Assembly (NCBI RefSeq): GCF_018977255.1
Contig: NW_024704742.1
Location: 118,670,001 to 118,734,000, forward strand
Origin: Callorhinchus milii
Lineage: Eukaryota
Reading direction: 5' to 3'
DNA length: 64,000 nt
This document shows positions 12,108-23,732 of this stretch, piece by piece. The position numbers and the translations under genes were made by a program. The notes under the pieces are model-generated. The model did no database searches. It was not told the DNA's origin and saw nothing but the letters and a program-made list of their open reading frames with translations. How positions within the stretch are numbered: position 1 is the stretch's first letter; every line of letters starts with the position of its first letter.

Positions 12108-15100
12108 CTTAATTTATGAAACTTTTGTCCAGGATACTAAACTAACAATTATGCTGGGTCATCGTTTATTAATAGAGGTGAGTTAATTTTTAAATTGATT
12201 TTCTCCGAATTGTTCAGCATTCGTTTAATTTTTTTACAGTTAATGGGAGGAGCAACCATTGCAGTCCTGCCAATTGATGTGGGAATTTCACGCAGAAAAC
12301 CTCTGAACTCTGAAATTGTGTACAAATCATGCAACTGTGAGTACATAATGTGCTACAGGGTGAATTCTTAAGAGTCCAAGTCATTACTTGGCACTAGAAT
12401 AATTCATATTTGCTGTTTGGCATGTGTGAGCAAAGTGGCTGGCTAGATAGAGGTGGACTGCAATAAGTGATTGTTTTCTGACTATCTTTAACATGGGCAC
12501 TGAAACATTAAACAATGGCAAAATTTGAACTGATTTTAATCAACTTTACTAGTGTTTTTTTCATTGTTTCCTCTCAATTTGCTCCCATTTATGACCTGAT
12601 AAATGGACACAATAAAAACGGACTTTATTAGTGCTTTTGCATTCACAGCATTTCCTTAGTTGAATAGATTTAGTATAATTTGATACATATAGTTTAATAT
12701 ATTCAAAATTTCCTGTTTTCTCCATTACAGTATGGTGTCACATTAAGTTGATAGCACTTGTTGCTGAAACACATTTATTCAGATTGTTGAGGGCTCAAGC
12801 CTATCATCAGCACTTGAGCTCATAGCTTAAGCAGGCGTTCCATTGCAGTGTTGGGAAGTACTGCACTGTTGAAAGGATGTCCTTCAGTTGAGGCAAGATG
12901 AGACATTATACCACAACCCCGCCTGCCTGTTCTGTTGACACTGAAGAGCCTGTGACACTATTCAAAAACATACAGGCGTAATCTTCCTGATGAACTGGTT
13001 ATATTTCTGAGTTGGTTGTGTGATATTGCTGGTACAAACACTGATGCTACACTTAATCTTTAAACGATTTGTGATGATTCAACGTGGTAAGATGCTGTAA
13101 AAAATTCTTTCTTATACCATTATCTGGAAGAGAGCAGGAAGAACAAATTGTCCAAGCCTTTGCCAATATCAGTCTAACCAGCTGCAAAAAAAGTTGTACG
13201 AAAATACCCTGTACTTACTTGCCCTTTGCTTTCCGTTCTTTTTCCAAGGGCAAGTCTCCTGCCAATCTAGCAGGTTTAGAAATCACCATGTCAGGAATTG
13301 CTGGTACAATTTGATGCACAAATATGTTTCTAAACACAATTCTGTTTTGTCTGGGGTGATACGGTGGCTCTTGGTCTAAGATCAGGGTGCATATCTGCTG
13401 TAGAATCCAGTTCCATGCCTGTAACGTGCCAAGGTCCCAATCATGGCACAATGGCAAGAGATGCTCGGAAAAAGATAAAAGATCAGAAACCAGAAGCCAT
13501 ATTTTTAACCTACAATAGTAGAAGGGCCAAGGGTATGTGCAGAACACCAACAATGCTGAAAATAATAGGTGAGATGATGGGATATATTAATTATTGGTTA
13601 GGTAATGTCAAACTTTTTTAAAGACTGAAGGCTGTAGGAAAAAGAAAAGATTGAGGGGGTTAAGGAACTGCACAGTCTTGAGGTCCTTGAAGCAAGAACT
13701 CCTTAACATAAGTATCGATTTCTAGACTAAAGATGCAGGAGGTGAGGAGCAGAGCCCTTTCTTGAGTTATGTTAGGAGTGAGAGAGATGGTAAGAGATAT
13801 GTGGAGCAGTATCTATGTTTCGGCAAATTTGGATTTTATAGAGTTAAAAGCTATTATCCCTAAAGCTTTCGTAAGCATGTGTATTTTTATAAATTTTATT
13901 TTCCTGACAAGGCTAACTGCATCCAAAGTACCAGTTCAGGCAACACAGCGCTGCGAGACATGCTTTGCTCGATTATCTTTAAAATTATGTTGGTGGAACT
14001 GTATTAAATTGATTTACTTTGCCCTTACCCCTCCATATTACTGTGGAACAAACCTCCCACATTTTCACTAACACAAAATATTGGACATGATTTAGTCTTC
14101 CTAAACAGCATTAACTCAACAATTGTGGCAACGCTATTTTGTTACTGTGCACTGGGAATAAAATATAACACTATCAGCTAAAGAAAGACCTTGCAACAAC
14201 AACTTCTTGTCTGCAGTTAAGAGAAAACATAGTATCAACTGGCATAGTTTGGACAAATTAAAACAGAATTTTGTCATTATACATGTCATCACATTTTCAC
14301 TTCCTTCTCCCGTAACTTGCAAAATACTTGATGATAATGGGCTGCATGATATTTCACAACTGTGTTTCATTCCGTGAATTGCATTATTTTTGCTGGGAAC
14401 CCTGTTTGCAATGGTACAGGCCAGCAAGCAGGAAGAAGGCAAAATGTCAGCATCCATGTTATAGCTGGGTATCTCCCCAACACAGCTGTACAATACAGAA
14501 TACTGTGAATGAGAAACTGGTTGGTAATGCACCCAATTGCTAGATCCTGATGTACTCACCCCAGACTTTACTGTCACTGACTGTCTTGCCTCATCAGCAG
14601 TTGCCATTCTTTGCTGCTGCTTAGCCTAATAGTTGCTGCACAATAAAAATGCAGCACTTGGGGATTTCATATTTTATTAAAGAGCTTATTAAGAAATCGT
14701 ATTAATATAATGACAAAGAAAAACCACAACACCACTACAGTATAATTAATAAAGACCATCAGTAATTAATAAAGCATGTGTAGGAGGAGCAAACATAAAG
14801 CATTATGTAATTATTTAATGCAAATGATAGTGTGAATGATGTGAATGAAGGCAGAGTAGGAATCGTCTTCATGGTTTCACGATCAAGTCCATACTTGAAC
14901 CAAGTCTATCAACCAATGCACAATCTAATGATATTTAATGCGAGTGCTCAAACACATTATCTGATGTTCTTTTTGTGGTAAGTGAGGTTACGCCTTCTCA
15001 CACCCCCATTATTGAAATTAATTGAATTCCACTACATCAAAAGATGCAAGTGTTTTGATCCAGACCTTGACAACAAGACCAACTCGCAAAACCCTATTCT

Positions 15101-15119
15101 CAGCCTCAATCCACTAAAA

Positions 15120-16968
15120 GGCTATCCCTCCATTTCCAAACTCCCATTCCTCTCCAAGGGCCTGGAACGAGTCATCAAGTCCCAGCTTCACTCTTTCCTC
15201 TCCTGCCATTCCCTCTCTGAACCCCTCCAATCGGGTTTCTGTGCTGCCCACAGCAAGGAAACAGCCCTGGTCAAAATCACTAATGACATTCTGAACATCT
15301 GCTTCCTCGTACTCTCTGCTGCCTTCGACACTGTTGACCATTCTATCCTACACCACCTCTCCTCTCAGCTCAACCTTCACGGACCTGTCCTTGCCTGGTT
15401 CGAATCCGCTCCCCGATTACCCCAGTCCTTGCCAGACTGCACTGGCTGCCTGTCCCAGAAAGGATCGACTTCAAGATCCTCACCCTTGTCTTCAAATCCC
15501 TCCACTCCTCTGCACCCCCCCTACCTCTCTGACCTCCTCTCTCCTCAAAACAGTGCCCGTTGCCTTCGTTCCTCTAGGTGTGGCCTCCTCCTTGTCCCCC
15601 GAGTCGTCCATTCCACCCTCGGTGGTCGTGCCTTCAGCCACTACGCCCTGAGGCTCTGGAACTCCCTTCCTCACTCCCTTCACCTCGCCCCCTCTCTTCC
15701 TATTTTCAGGTCTCTGAAGACCTTTCTTTATGACTGTGCCTTTGGTCACCTTCCTCCCCTCCCCCTGGCTCGGCCCAGGGATCCGTTACTGTGAAGTGCT
15801 CTGAGACGCAGTCCAGCATGGAGGGCGCTATATAAATCCAAGGTGTTGTTGTTGTTATACCTCTCCCACCGTCTCCACTTGGTCACCACTAACGGCATCT
15901 CCTGCAGCCCCAGCACCGTCACGGCTCTGTCAGCTTTCAGGGCTCTGTCTTTAGCCCTCTCCTTTTCAATATCTATATGCTCCCCCTTGGTGACATCATC
16001 CGCAGACATGGGGTCAACTTCCACATGTATGTGGATGACACCCAACTCTACCTCTCTGCCTCTACCCTCGATTCCAGTACCACTGCTGTCCTCATAGACT
16101 ACTGTCTGACTTCAAGTCCAAGATGAGAGCTATGTTGAACATTAGCAAGACCAAGGCTCTCCTGATTGGCTCCCACCCTCGCCTCTGCACCACGGCAATG
16201 ACAACATCAGTAGTCACGGATGCACACTCCACCTCACAAAGCCAGTCGGGAAGCTAGGCATCTTCTTCGACCCTCAACTATCCTTTGTTGCCCACATCCG
16301 TGCCATGACCTGCTCTACCTTCCACCACCTCTGCAACATCAAAAGACTCCATCACCGCCTCAACCCTCAGGCCGTTCTAAACTCTCATATATGGCTTTGT
16401 TACATCCAGGCTCGACTATGCCAACGCCCTGCTTGTCGGCCTCCCCAATTCCACCCTCCATAAGCTGCAGATCATCCAGAAATCTGCAGCCCGTGACCTC
16501 TCCCGCAACAAATTCCGCAACCCTATCACCCCCATCCTCGCCCGACTCCACTGGCTCCCCATCACACAGAAAATACAGTTCAAGATCCTGGTCCTCACTT
16601 TCAAAGCCCTCCATGGGCCTTGCTCCCCCCTACCTCTGCGACCTCCTAACCCCCTACCAAACTGCCCACTCCATCTGTTCAGAGTCCTGCTCCATGTCCC
16701 TCGCCTGCCCCACCATTGGCGGACGAGCCTTCAGCCACTCTGCCCCCACCCTCTGGAATTCCATCCCACAGTCCCTCCACCTTGCTCCCTCCCTTGCCTT
16801 CTTCAAGACTCATCTCAAGAACCTCCTCTTTGACCGTGCCTTCGGCCACCCTGCTTTTGGCCCTGCCCTTCCCAATCCCAAGCTCGGGTCCAAAACACTG
16901 ATTGTCCAGCGCCTTGGGACGTCCTCCCGACATGAAAGGCACTATATAAATATAATTTTGTTGTTGTT
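15120..16968 (+). mobile_element. Two tandem L2-like LINE fragments (RT domain to 3' tail)
   Basis: PISKLPFLSK.LE, QSGF...HS.ETALVKITND, LSAAFDTVDH and Y.DDTQLY motifs. Tails end at ~15856 and ~16968. Confidence 0.9.
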
Positions 16969-17113
16969 TATGGAACATGGAGAATATAATTATTGAGCTG
17001 ATGGCAATGCAATGTAGTAATACATTATGCTAATACATTATGACCAATTTACATGAGTAAATCACACGATCAGAGTATATTTGCCTTTATCATTTAAAAT
17101 CAGAAAATCCTTT

Positions 17114-17910
17114 TGTGTGAGGGTATGAATCCCTCAATTGTGAGGACCAGCCTGGGTAAGTGACACGAGACTGTCATGTCTCAGTCCTCTCTTGGTACTC
17201 ATCTGAGACAGATGTTACGATGCGTATGAATAGTCCAGTCACCACCCTGGCTCTGTTGACATCTCCCCTATGAGGTCGGTATCCACCACCCAATATCCAC
17301 AGAACTAGAGCTAAGGTGATCACCACAGCAGAGAAAGAAATAGACTTGCGGCCCCTACTCTCTTAACACTGTAAGCTGGTGGTTTTTGCTAGGTGCGCTT
17401 TGTGCTCACATTTAGTGTATCCTGACAGAAAGAGTATGGCTTCAGCCAGACCTCTGCCGCTTTCTCATCTCAAGCAGGCCGTTTCCATGAGAAAGACAGA
17501 AAGAGAGACAGAGACTTTGTTCTTCAGCCTGTGTGTGTTCCGGAGGAGAATGTAATGGTGGCAGACTCATATAGCTCCAGGAGGCAGGATGAACAAAGAC
17601 ATCTTCTTTGATAAGAGGATGTGAAAAGTGACTAAGAAGGCCAGAAGAAATGCAAATGCGGATGTGAAACAAAGAACCAGCATGAACTGGTCAATAGTTT
17701 CTGTGAAATCACAACTGGTCAGGGGCTGGCATGAGAATACACTATAAAAGTTTAATAAATCCCAATACATCGAGAGGAGAGCAAGACTATGGGGTCACCA
17801 TCTCTCTCGAAGGAAGGATTTGATCGCCCTTGAATGCAAACTACACTTCTCAGTTGTATGTCTAGAATAACAGCTTATCGATGTCACTTTGATTGCATTA
17901 AAATACTAAC
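17114..17910 (+). mobile_element. Possible solo LTR-like element
   Basis: Unique ~0.8-kb block starting TG with internal TATAAAA/AATAAA (17742-17760) and ending ATTAAAATACTAACA. No TSD or PBS confirmed. Confidence 0.3.
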
Positions 17911-17971
17911 ATCATTCGGAGGAATGCTGGCCAGCCTCATTGTATTACATTGTGAGGAACTCAAAAACTTA

Positions 17972-18200
17972 CAACAAAATTATATTTGTATAGCGCCTTT
18001 CACATCAGGAGGACGTGCCAAGGCGCTGGACAGTCAGTGTTTCGGACCTGAGCTGGTGGTCGGGGAGGGTGGAGGGCACGGGGGGGAAGCAGGGAGATCG
18101 AAAGCACGGTCAAAGAGGAGGGTCTTGAGATGGGTCTTGAAGGAGGCAAGGGAGGGGGTGACGAGGAGGGACTGTGGGTTGGAGTTCCAGAGGATGGGTT
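17972..18200 (-). mobile_element. L2-like 3' end fragment
   Basis: Reverse complement of the shared L2 tail. Confidence 0.8.
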
Positions 18201-19163
18201 GTTGGCAGCACCAACAACATTGGAGCTTCAATATTGCTGATCCAATAGTCTTCCAGTAGTCTCATCTTTATGAAACGTGTTGGGTATATTTGTTATACAA
18301 GGAAGGAACTCATATTGATAAATTATGTAAACAACAGACTTACTTTATACATTTGTAAATTATAAATTGACTTTTCAAATCAAGTATGTTGCGTTTGCAA
18401 GAAAATACATTGTCACGATACTTCATAGTAACTCCTGTGAAGTACTTTCAGACATCCTCCCAATGCAAGGTGCTATATCAAATACAAGAAATAGTATTTA
18501 TTGTTATACCAAGTTAATTGAGACTATATCTTGTTGGAATAGTACTGGCATCTCCAACAAAGAAGAGTTTAAACGAGGACAATGTGTCAACTGAGCTGCA
18601 CTCAATTCAGCAGAATTTACAATTTCCATTTATTTTAATATAAATACTATTATAGTATATTACCATTTGTATTGAGCTCTTGTTTGCAGAATGCAATTAG
18701 TTAAAAACAGACAAAATGTACACATTTGAATTAATGGAGCAGATGTGAGGAAACAACTGAATAATCATCTCTTTCGTATTTTCCATTGTACCAATGATAC
18801 AGATGGACTGAGATTGAATGTAAGCAGTGGAACTAACTTTTATTCTAACAGTCTCAGCAGATTTGAACCATGAAAGGCTACAAGTCTCAGCAGAAGCGAA
18901 AGGCTAATTTGCTAACACGCTACATCACCCAGTCCTAATTTCAAAGTGTTTGTCATAACTTTTGAGGAGTCAGTGCTCATTCCTCAATCAGAATCAGATC
19001 CGCATCCTAAAAGGAACTGGTTGTCAAATTAAGAATTTTCTGCAAAATCTTAAATTTTAAGACAAATTCTTTTACAGGTCAAATTCAGGTGGAATTTTGT
19101 GTGGTTGCTTAAACAATGTTGTAGATAGAGTATGGAGAGAAAGCTGACAATCCCCTTCAAACA

Positions 19164-19478
19164 TAATAATAATCCTTGCATTTGATATAGCGCTTTTTAC
19201 ATCTTCCCAACATCTCAAAGTGCTTCACAGAATAGACTGTAAAGTGAACTGACCGTATATTTGTGGGCGAAACGCGGTAGCCATTTACGTATAGCAGTGT
19301 CCCACAAACAGTCGTGGATTGAAAGTGACTTAACTTATTATTGTTTTTGTTTTTGGAGGGATTATTATTAGGCGTGTGGAGTAAGGAAACTTGCCCAAGG
19401 TTTGGCCCTGCCTGGAATTGAACTCAGGTGTCTCGTTTGCAAGGCGAGTGCTCTAACCACTGAGCTACAGGTCTCCAC
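19164..19478 (-). mobile_element. Full-length tRNA/Deu SINE
   Basis: Head GTGGAGACCTGTAGCTCAGTGGTTAGAGCACTCGCC..GTTCAATTCC, Deu core and (ATT)n tail. Confidence 0.9.
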
Positions 19479-20629
19479 AACATAATGCGTTCTGAAGGAA
19501 GCTTTCAGAAATTGTCTCAGTCCAGTTTTTCCAGATTAAAAGGCAAATGACCAAATTTTGTGATGTTAAGTGCTGGCATGAAGCTCCTTCAAACCAAAGA
19601 AAAAGTCAATGCAAGATGTAAATAAATGAATGAAGATTGTAGAGCAGCAATGAAAACGGGGCAGGTGACAAGAAAAAAGTACTTTCAAACTGATAGCATA
19701 ATCTTGCAGTGTGTAAAGCCAGAACCACACAGAAACGTAAGAACCTGAGGATGTTATTCATCCTGTCTAAACCTGCTGCAGTATTTTATTATAGCTTAGC
19801 AGTTCTTTACTATTTTAACAGCACAGGTATTTATCATTGTCCCTTTAAACTCCTCAATCGTTTCTGTATTGATAACATACATACGAGTCTTTGATTTAAC
19901 ACCTAGAAGTCTATTGGCTTCAGTGGCTTCCTTCTGAATGATATTAAATTGCAATTTACCAGATTAATCTCCATTTTCAAAATAGGTGGTTATTGATGAA
20001 AATAATCAATGATAGACAGAGTTCTTTCAGGTATGATCCAATATTTTCACAATATGATTCAACAACAATTTACATTTATACAGTAGCCTTCACATCAGGA
20101 TGTCGCAAAGTGTTTCATACAACTCACTGGGAGCCTGAGCTCGGGAGGGGGCCATGCAGTTTCAAGCTAAAGCTAAGATCACTCAAAAGTTAGCTTTATA
20201 ATGCTCAAATGAAGTAGAAAGTACAAAAAAATGACGTGAGGTATCTTAGCTACCAATAGGATCACTTTCTAAACATCAAGTCTCCTGCATATTGAGCAAA
20301 TGAACTCTTTAAGAATATATCACCTATTGGGATTTTGGAGTACATTGGAGAGTACTATCTGTGTACATTAGACTCCCTATACCCAACACTTTTGAGAGAG
20401 CTCGAGACAATACAATACTACTGCTACACACCAAACCGTTTCCTGCACTTTGAACCCGCAAACTATTCAGACCAGGCCACCCGTCAACTCCTGAACGTAG
20501 CTGGATTGTACAATACCGTACCGCCGCCGCCCTCCACAAGTATCCTGGTTTATTCTTTTCTATTAAGTCTTCCAAATGGTACTTAAAACATGCAAGTGCT
20601 TTAAGCATTAAGACATCAAGCCACACAGT

Positions 20630-21330
20630 TGACCGCGCGCGCAGCCTTCGCCAACCCCCGGCTAACACCCTCCGGGGTCTCCCGAACGAGGTAAGCGAGA
20701 GGCGTCCCTCCAGGGGAGAGAGTGTCCACAACAATCTTATCTCGGGGATTTCCACGTGTAGGTGGGTGTGTGGGGGAGTGGTTTGGGGGGGGGAGGGGGA
20801 GGGGAGGGGGAGGGGATGCGTGGAATTCTCAGTTGGGTTTGGACACGGGTCAGGATGGTGATGGTGATGGGTTTGGATGGTGATGGGTTTCGGACGCTCG
20901 GCCGCGAACGCACAGCTGAACGATGGCGACGCGGTGGCTGACGAGCGTCAGGGCGGCCCTGTCCGGCACCCACGCGGCTGGCGGGAGGGGGCGGGAGGGC
21001 CGCGCGCCCTCCGCCTGACCCGGAAACCCGGAAACCCGCCGCCCCCTGACCTGTGACCCGGAAGTACAGGCGTCCGCTCGACGCGAACCCTCTTCCGTAA
21101 AATATGAAAACATTGAGAGTCACAGGAACTCGGTGAGTACTGGTGGGGAGAGCGGGGGAGGGAGGGAGGGAGGGAGCGGGCGGGGGGGGGGGGAGAGAGG
21201 GGGAGAGGGAGGAGGGGGTGAGGGGGGGGGAGGGGGGGGGGTGAGGGGGGTGGCCGCGCCGCGCCGCGTGCGGCCCCAGAACCCGGCACGAGCCCAACGG
21301 TCACTGGCTCAGGGCGGGTGTCAGTGAGAG
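20630..21330 (+). promoter_or_regulatory. CpG-island promoter of TENT2 with clustered ETS/GABP-type CCGGAA sites and GC boxes
   Basis: The strongest CpG-rich stretch in an AT-rich window. CCGGAA at ~21020, ~21028 and CCGGAAGT at ~21058, plus an inverted CTTCCG at 21092. No TATA box. Lies 6 kb upstream of the TENT2 ATG exon. Confidence 0.85.
21060..21132 (+). other. TENT2: Probable non-coding exon 1 of TENT2 (5' start approximate)
   Basis: Consensus donor TCG|GTGAGT at 21133 directly after the ETS cluster. The first coding exon has an acceptor at 27106 that needs an upstream exon. Confidence 0.7.
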
Positions 21331-21660
21331 GGACACAGAGAGACACACAGGGAGGGCGGTGAGCAGCGAGAGTGGGGGATAGGGGGTGGGGGGGAGTGGG
21401 GAATGGGAGGAGAGCGGTGGGGGAGTGGGAGGGGGGAGAGAGTGAGGGGGGAGGAATGGGAGGGGGAGAGAGTGAGGGGAGGGGAGTGGGAGGGGGGAGA
21501 GAGTGAGGGGAGGGGAGGGGGCGAGTTAGGGGGGAGAGAGTGAGGGGAGGGGGGAGAGTGAGGGGGGAGAGAGTGAGGGGAGGGGGGGAGGGGGGCAGTG
21601 TGGGTGCTGTGGGTGGGGGCAGTGTTGTGGATGTTGAGGTGGGGGGGGGGGGTGCAGTTC
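21140..21660 (+). repeat. G/purine-rich low-complexity tract with GGGAGGGGGAGAGAGTGAGGG-like units (G-quadruplex potential)
   Basis: Dozens of G3+ runs and a repeated GAGAGTGAGGGG unit at 21420-21590. Confidence 0.85.
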
Positions 21661-21839
21661 CCTGGGTGCTGAGGTGCCGGCAGTCCCCTGGATGCTGAGG
21701 TGGAGGTAGTGCTGATCGGGGGTGTTGTGGGGGCAGTATGAGTTGTTCAGTATGAACTAAGTCGTGGTGGTCGATGTCCGTCTGCTGATATCCTTCAAGT
21801 TCAGTTCTGTTCAGGTCCTTTCTCCATTGGTAACTTGCA

Positions 21840-22856
21840 TTGACATGTCCTCAGGGCTCTGTTCTTGGTTCCCTCCTCTTCAATATCTCTATGCTCCCTC
21901 TTGGTGACATCATCCCCTGGCATGCGGTCAACTTCCACACGTATGCGGATGACACTGAACTCTATCTCTCTGCCTCCACCCTTGACTCCAGGACCGCTGC
22001 TGTCCTTACAGAATGTCTGTCAGACATCAAGTCCTGAATGAGAGCTCACTGCAGAGCTAACCGAGGCTCGCCTGATTGGCTCCCTCCACAGCTCAGGCAC
22101 TGTCAGCATCACCATCCATGGATGCAAACTAAGCCAGTCCGGTACATTGGGATCTTGTTTGACCCTCAACTATCCTTTCTACCCTACATCCGTGCCATGA
22201 CCCGCTCTGCCTTCCCCCACCTCTGGAACATCGCCCGGCTCTACCACTGTCTCACATCACAGGCCGCCGATAACCTCATACACGCATTCATAACATCCAG
22301 GTTTGACTATGCAAACTGCTTGCTTGTCAGTCTCCCCAACTCCTCCCTCCATAGGCTGCAGATCATCCAGAACTCTGCAGCCCTTGTCCTCTCTGGCACC
22401 AGGCTCCCTGACCCTATCACTCCCATCCTCGCCTGACTCCACTGGCTTCCCATCACACAGAGGGTACAGTTCAAGATCCTGGTCCTCACCTTCAAAGCCA
22501 TCCATGGCCTTGCTCCCCCCTACGTCTACGACCTCCTAATCTCCTACTAATCTGTCCACTCGCTGCGCTCAGCGGGCTCTGGCCTGCTTCACGTCCCCTA
22601 ACTCGCCACTCTGCCCTCACCCTGGAGAATTCCATCTGCCAGTCCCTCCACCTCACCCCTCCCTTGCCTTCTTCAAGATCCGTCTGAAGATCCTCTTCGA
22701 CCATGCCTTTGATCACCCTCCTTCCTTCCCCGCCCCCCCTGCACTCCACCATCCCTAATCCCGTTCCCCAGCTCGGGTCTGATTGTCCAGTGCCTTTGAG
22801 AAGTCCTCCCGACATGAAAGGCGCTATACAAATGTAATTTTGTTGTTGTTGTTGTC
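21840..22856 (+). mobile_element. L2-like LINE 3' fragment in TENT2 intron 1
   Basis: [23 protein letters not shown] motif, then HAFITSRFDYAN and a (TTG)n tail. Confidence 0.9.
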
Positions 22857-23159
22857 ATTTATCCAAGGCTCTGTCCAGAACTCAAGCCATGTGAGGGTTA
22901 CAGTTGTAGTTTTATTTCTTTTTGAAAATACTGAGTGCCAGAGTGTATAATAGTCATCTTGTCCAAAGCATTTATCCCTCTCTATACCCTCTGTAGTATG
23001 TCAGTAGATGTACGTAATGGAATGGTTTTGTGTGAAAGTGCTTGATATGCAGGTTAATGCACGTGTGCAGTGCTGAGGCAAATTTTTTATTGTTATGTGT
23101 GATCTTAAATTAAGCCCCATCTCTTTGTTCGGTTGGACGTTAAACATTCCATAACAGTA

Positions 23160-23732
23160 CAGTAAAACTTGCCTAAGTCTTTCCTGTATAAATCGTATCA
23201 TCGCCCAAGTTATATATGCACCGAGTCCCATTCAATTTCTTATCAAGACTATCAAAAATTATTAATTTTTAATATTATTACCTCCTAAATCGTAATGCCG
23301 CTTCCCTCTCCTCCGTTACTCCCGCATTTCTCGCCTGCATTGAATCGCGGGAAATGCCATCATGACCCATTGACGCATGCGTACTTACCATCCAGCTGCA
23401 TTAAATTGCGTGAAACGTAGTCTTGATCCGTCAATGCATGCACAGAAGACCTTCATTTCCCGTGAATCATTGCAATTCCAATGCGTATCGTAAGTGCGTT
23501 ACCACAATCGGTCGAGACGCATTGAATTGCGGGAAATTCAGTCTTACTCCGTCACCACATGTGCAATTACCGGTACATGCACACTTATTATATTGAATTA
23601 TGCATGTGCAGTATAGATTATGGATTAAATCGGATTTTATATGATTGTTACAGTTTGCCTGCAACTCGGACTTCGCATAAATCATATTAAATGTTATGGT
23701 CCTGACTGATATGACTTGGGTGAGTTTTATTG
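23160..23732. mobile_element. Tc1/mariner pogo/Tigger-like MITE in TENT2 intron 1
   Basis: TA|CAGTAAAACTTGCCTAAGTC ... GACTTGGGTGAGTTTTATTG|TA: 20-bp imperfect TIRs with TA duplication. Confidence 0.7.

Noticed and set aside
12240..12336. Exon-like segment (ttttttacag..ct|gtgagt) open as LMGGATIAVLPIDVGISRRK..
   Set aside because: Isolated, with no recognisable homology or partner exons. It cannot be distinguished from chance without RNA data.
14982..16996. Long ORFs of 270 aa and 258 aa
   Set aside because: They are frameshifted L2 ORF2 remnants that drift between frames, not host genes.
19400..19478. tRNA-like sequences (also ~6530-6599, 32390-32463, 41436-41510)
   Set aside because: They are SINE heads attached to the Deu core and LINE-like tail, not standalone tRNA genes.
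20324..21346. Several 66-186 aa ORFs over the CpG island
   Set aside because: Expected in stop-poor GC-rich or low-complexity promoter DNA. The translations are Pro/Gly-rich with no recognisable domain.
23330..23560. Regularly spaced ~20-bp repeats resembling a CRISPR array
   Set aside because: The repeats are degenerate and partly inverted, lie inside a TIR-bounded MITE in vertebrate DNA, and have no cas genes.
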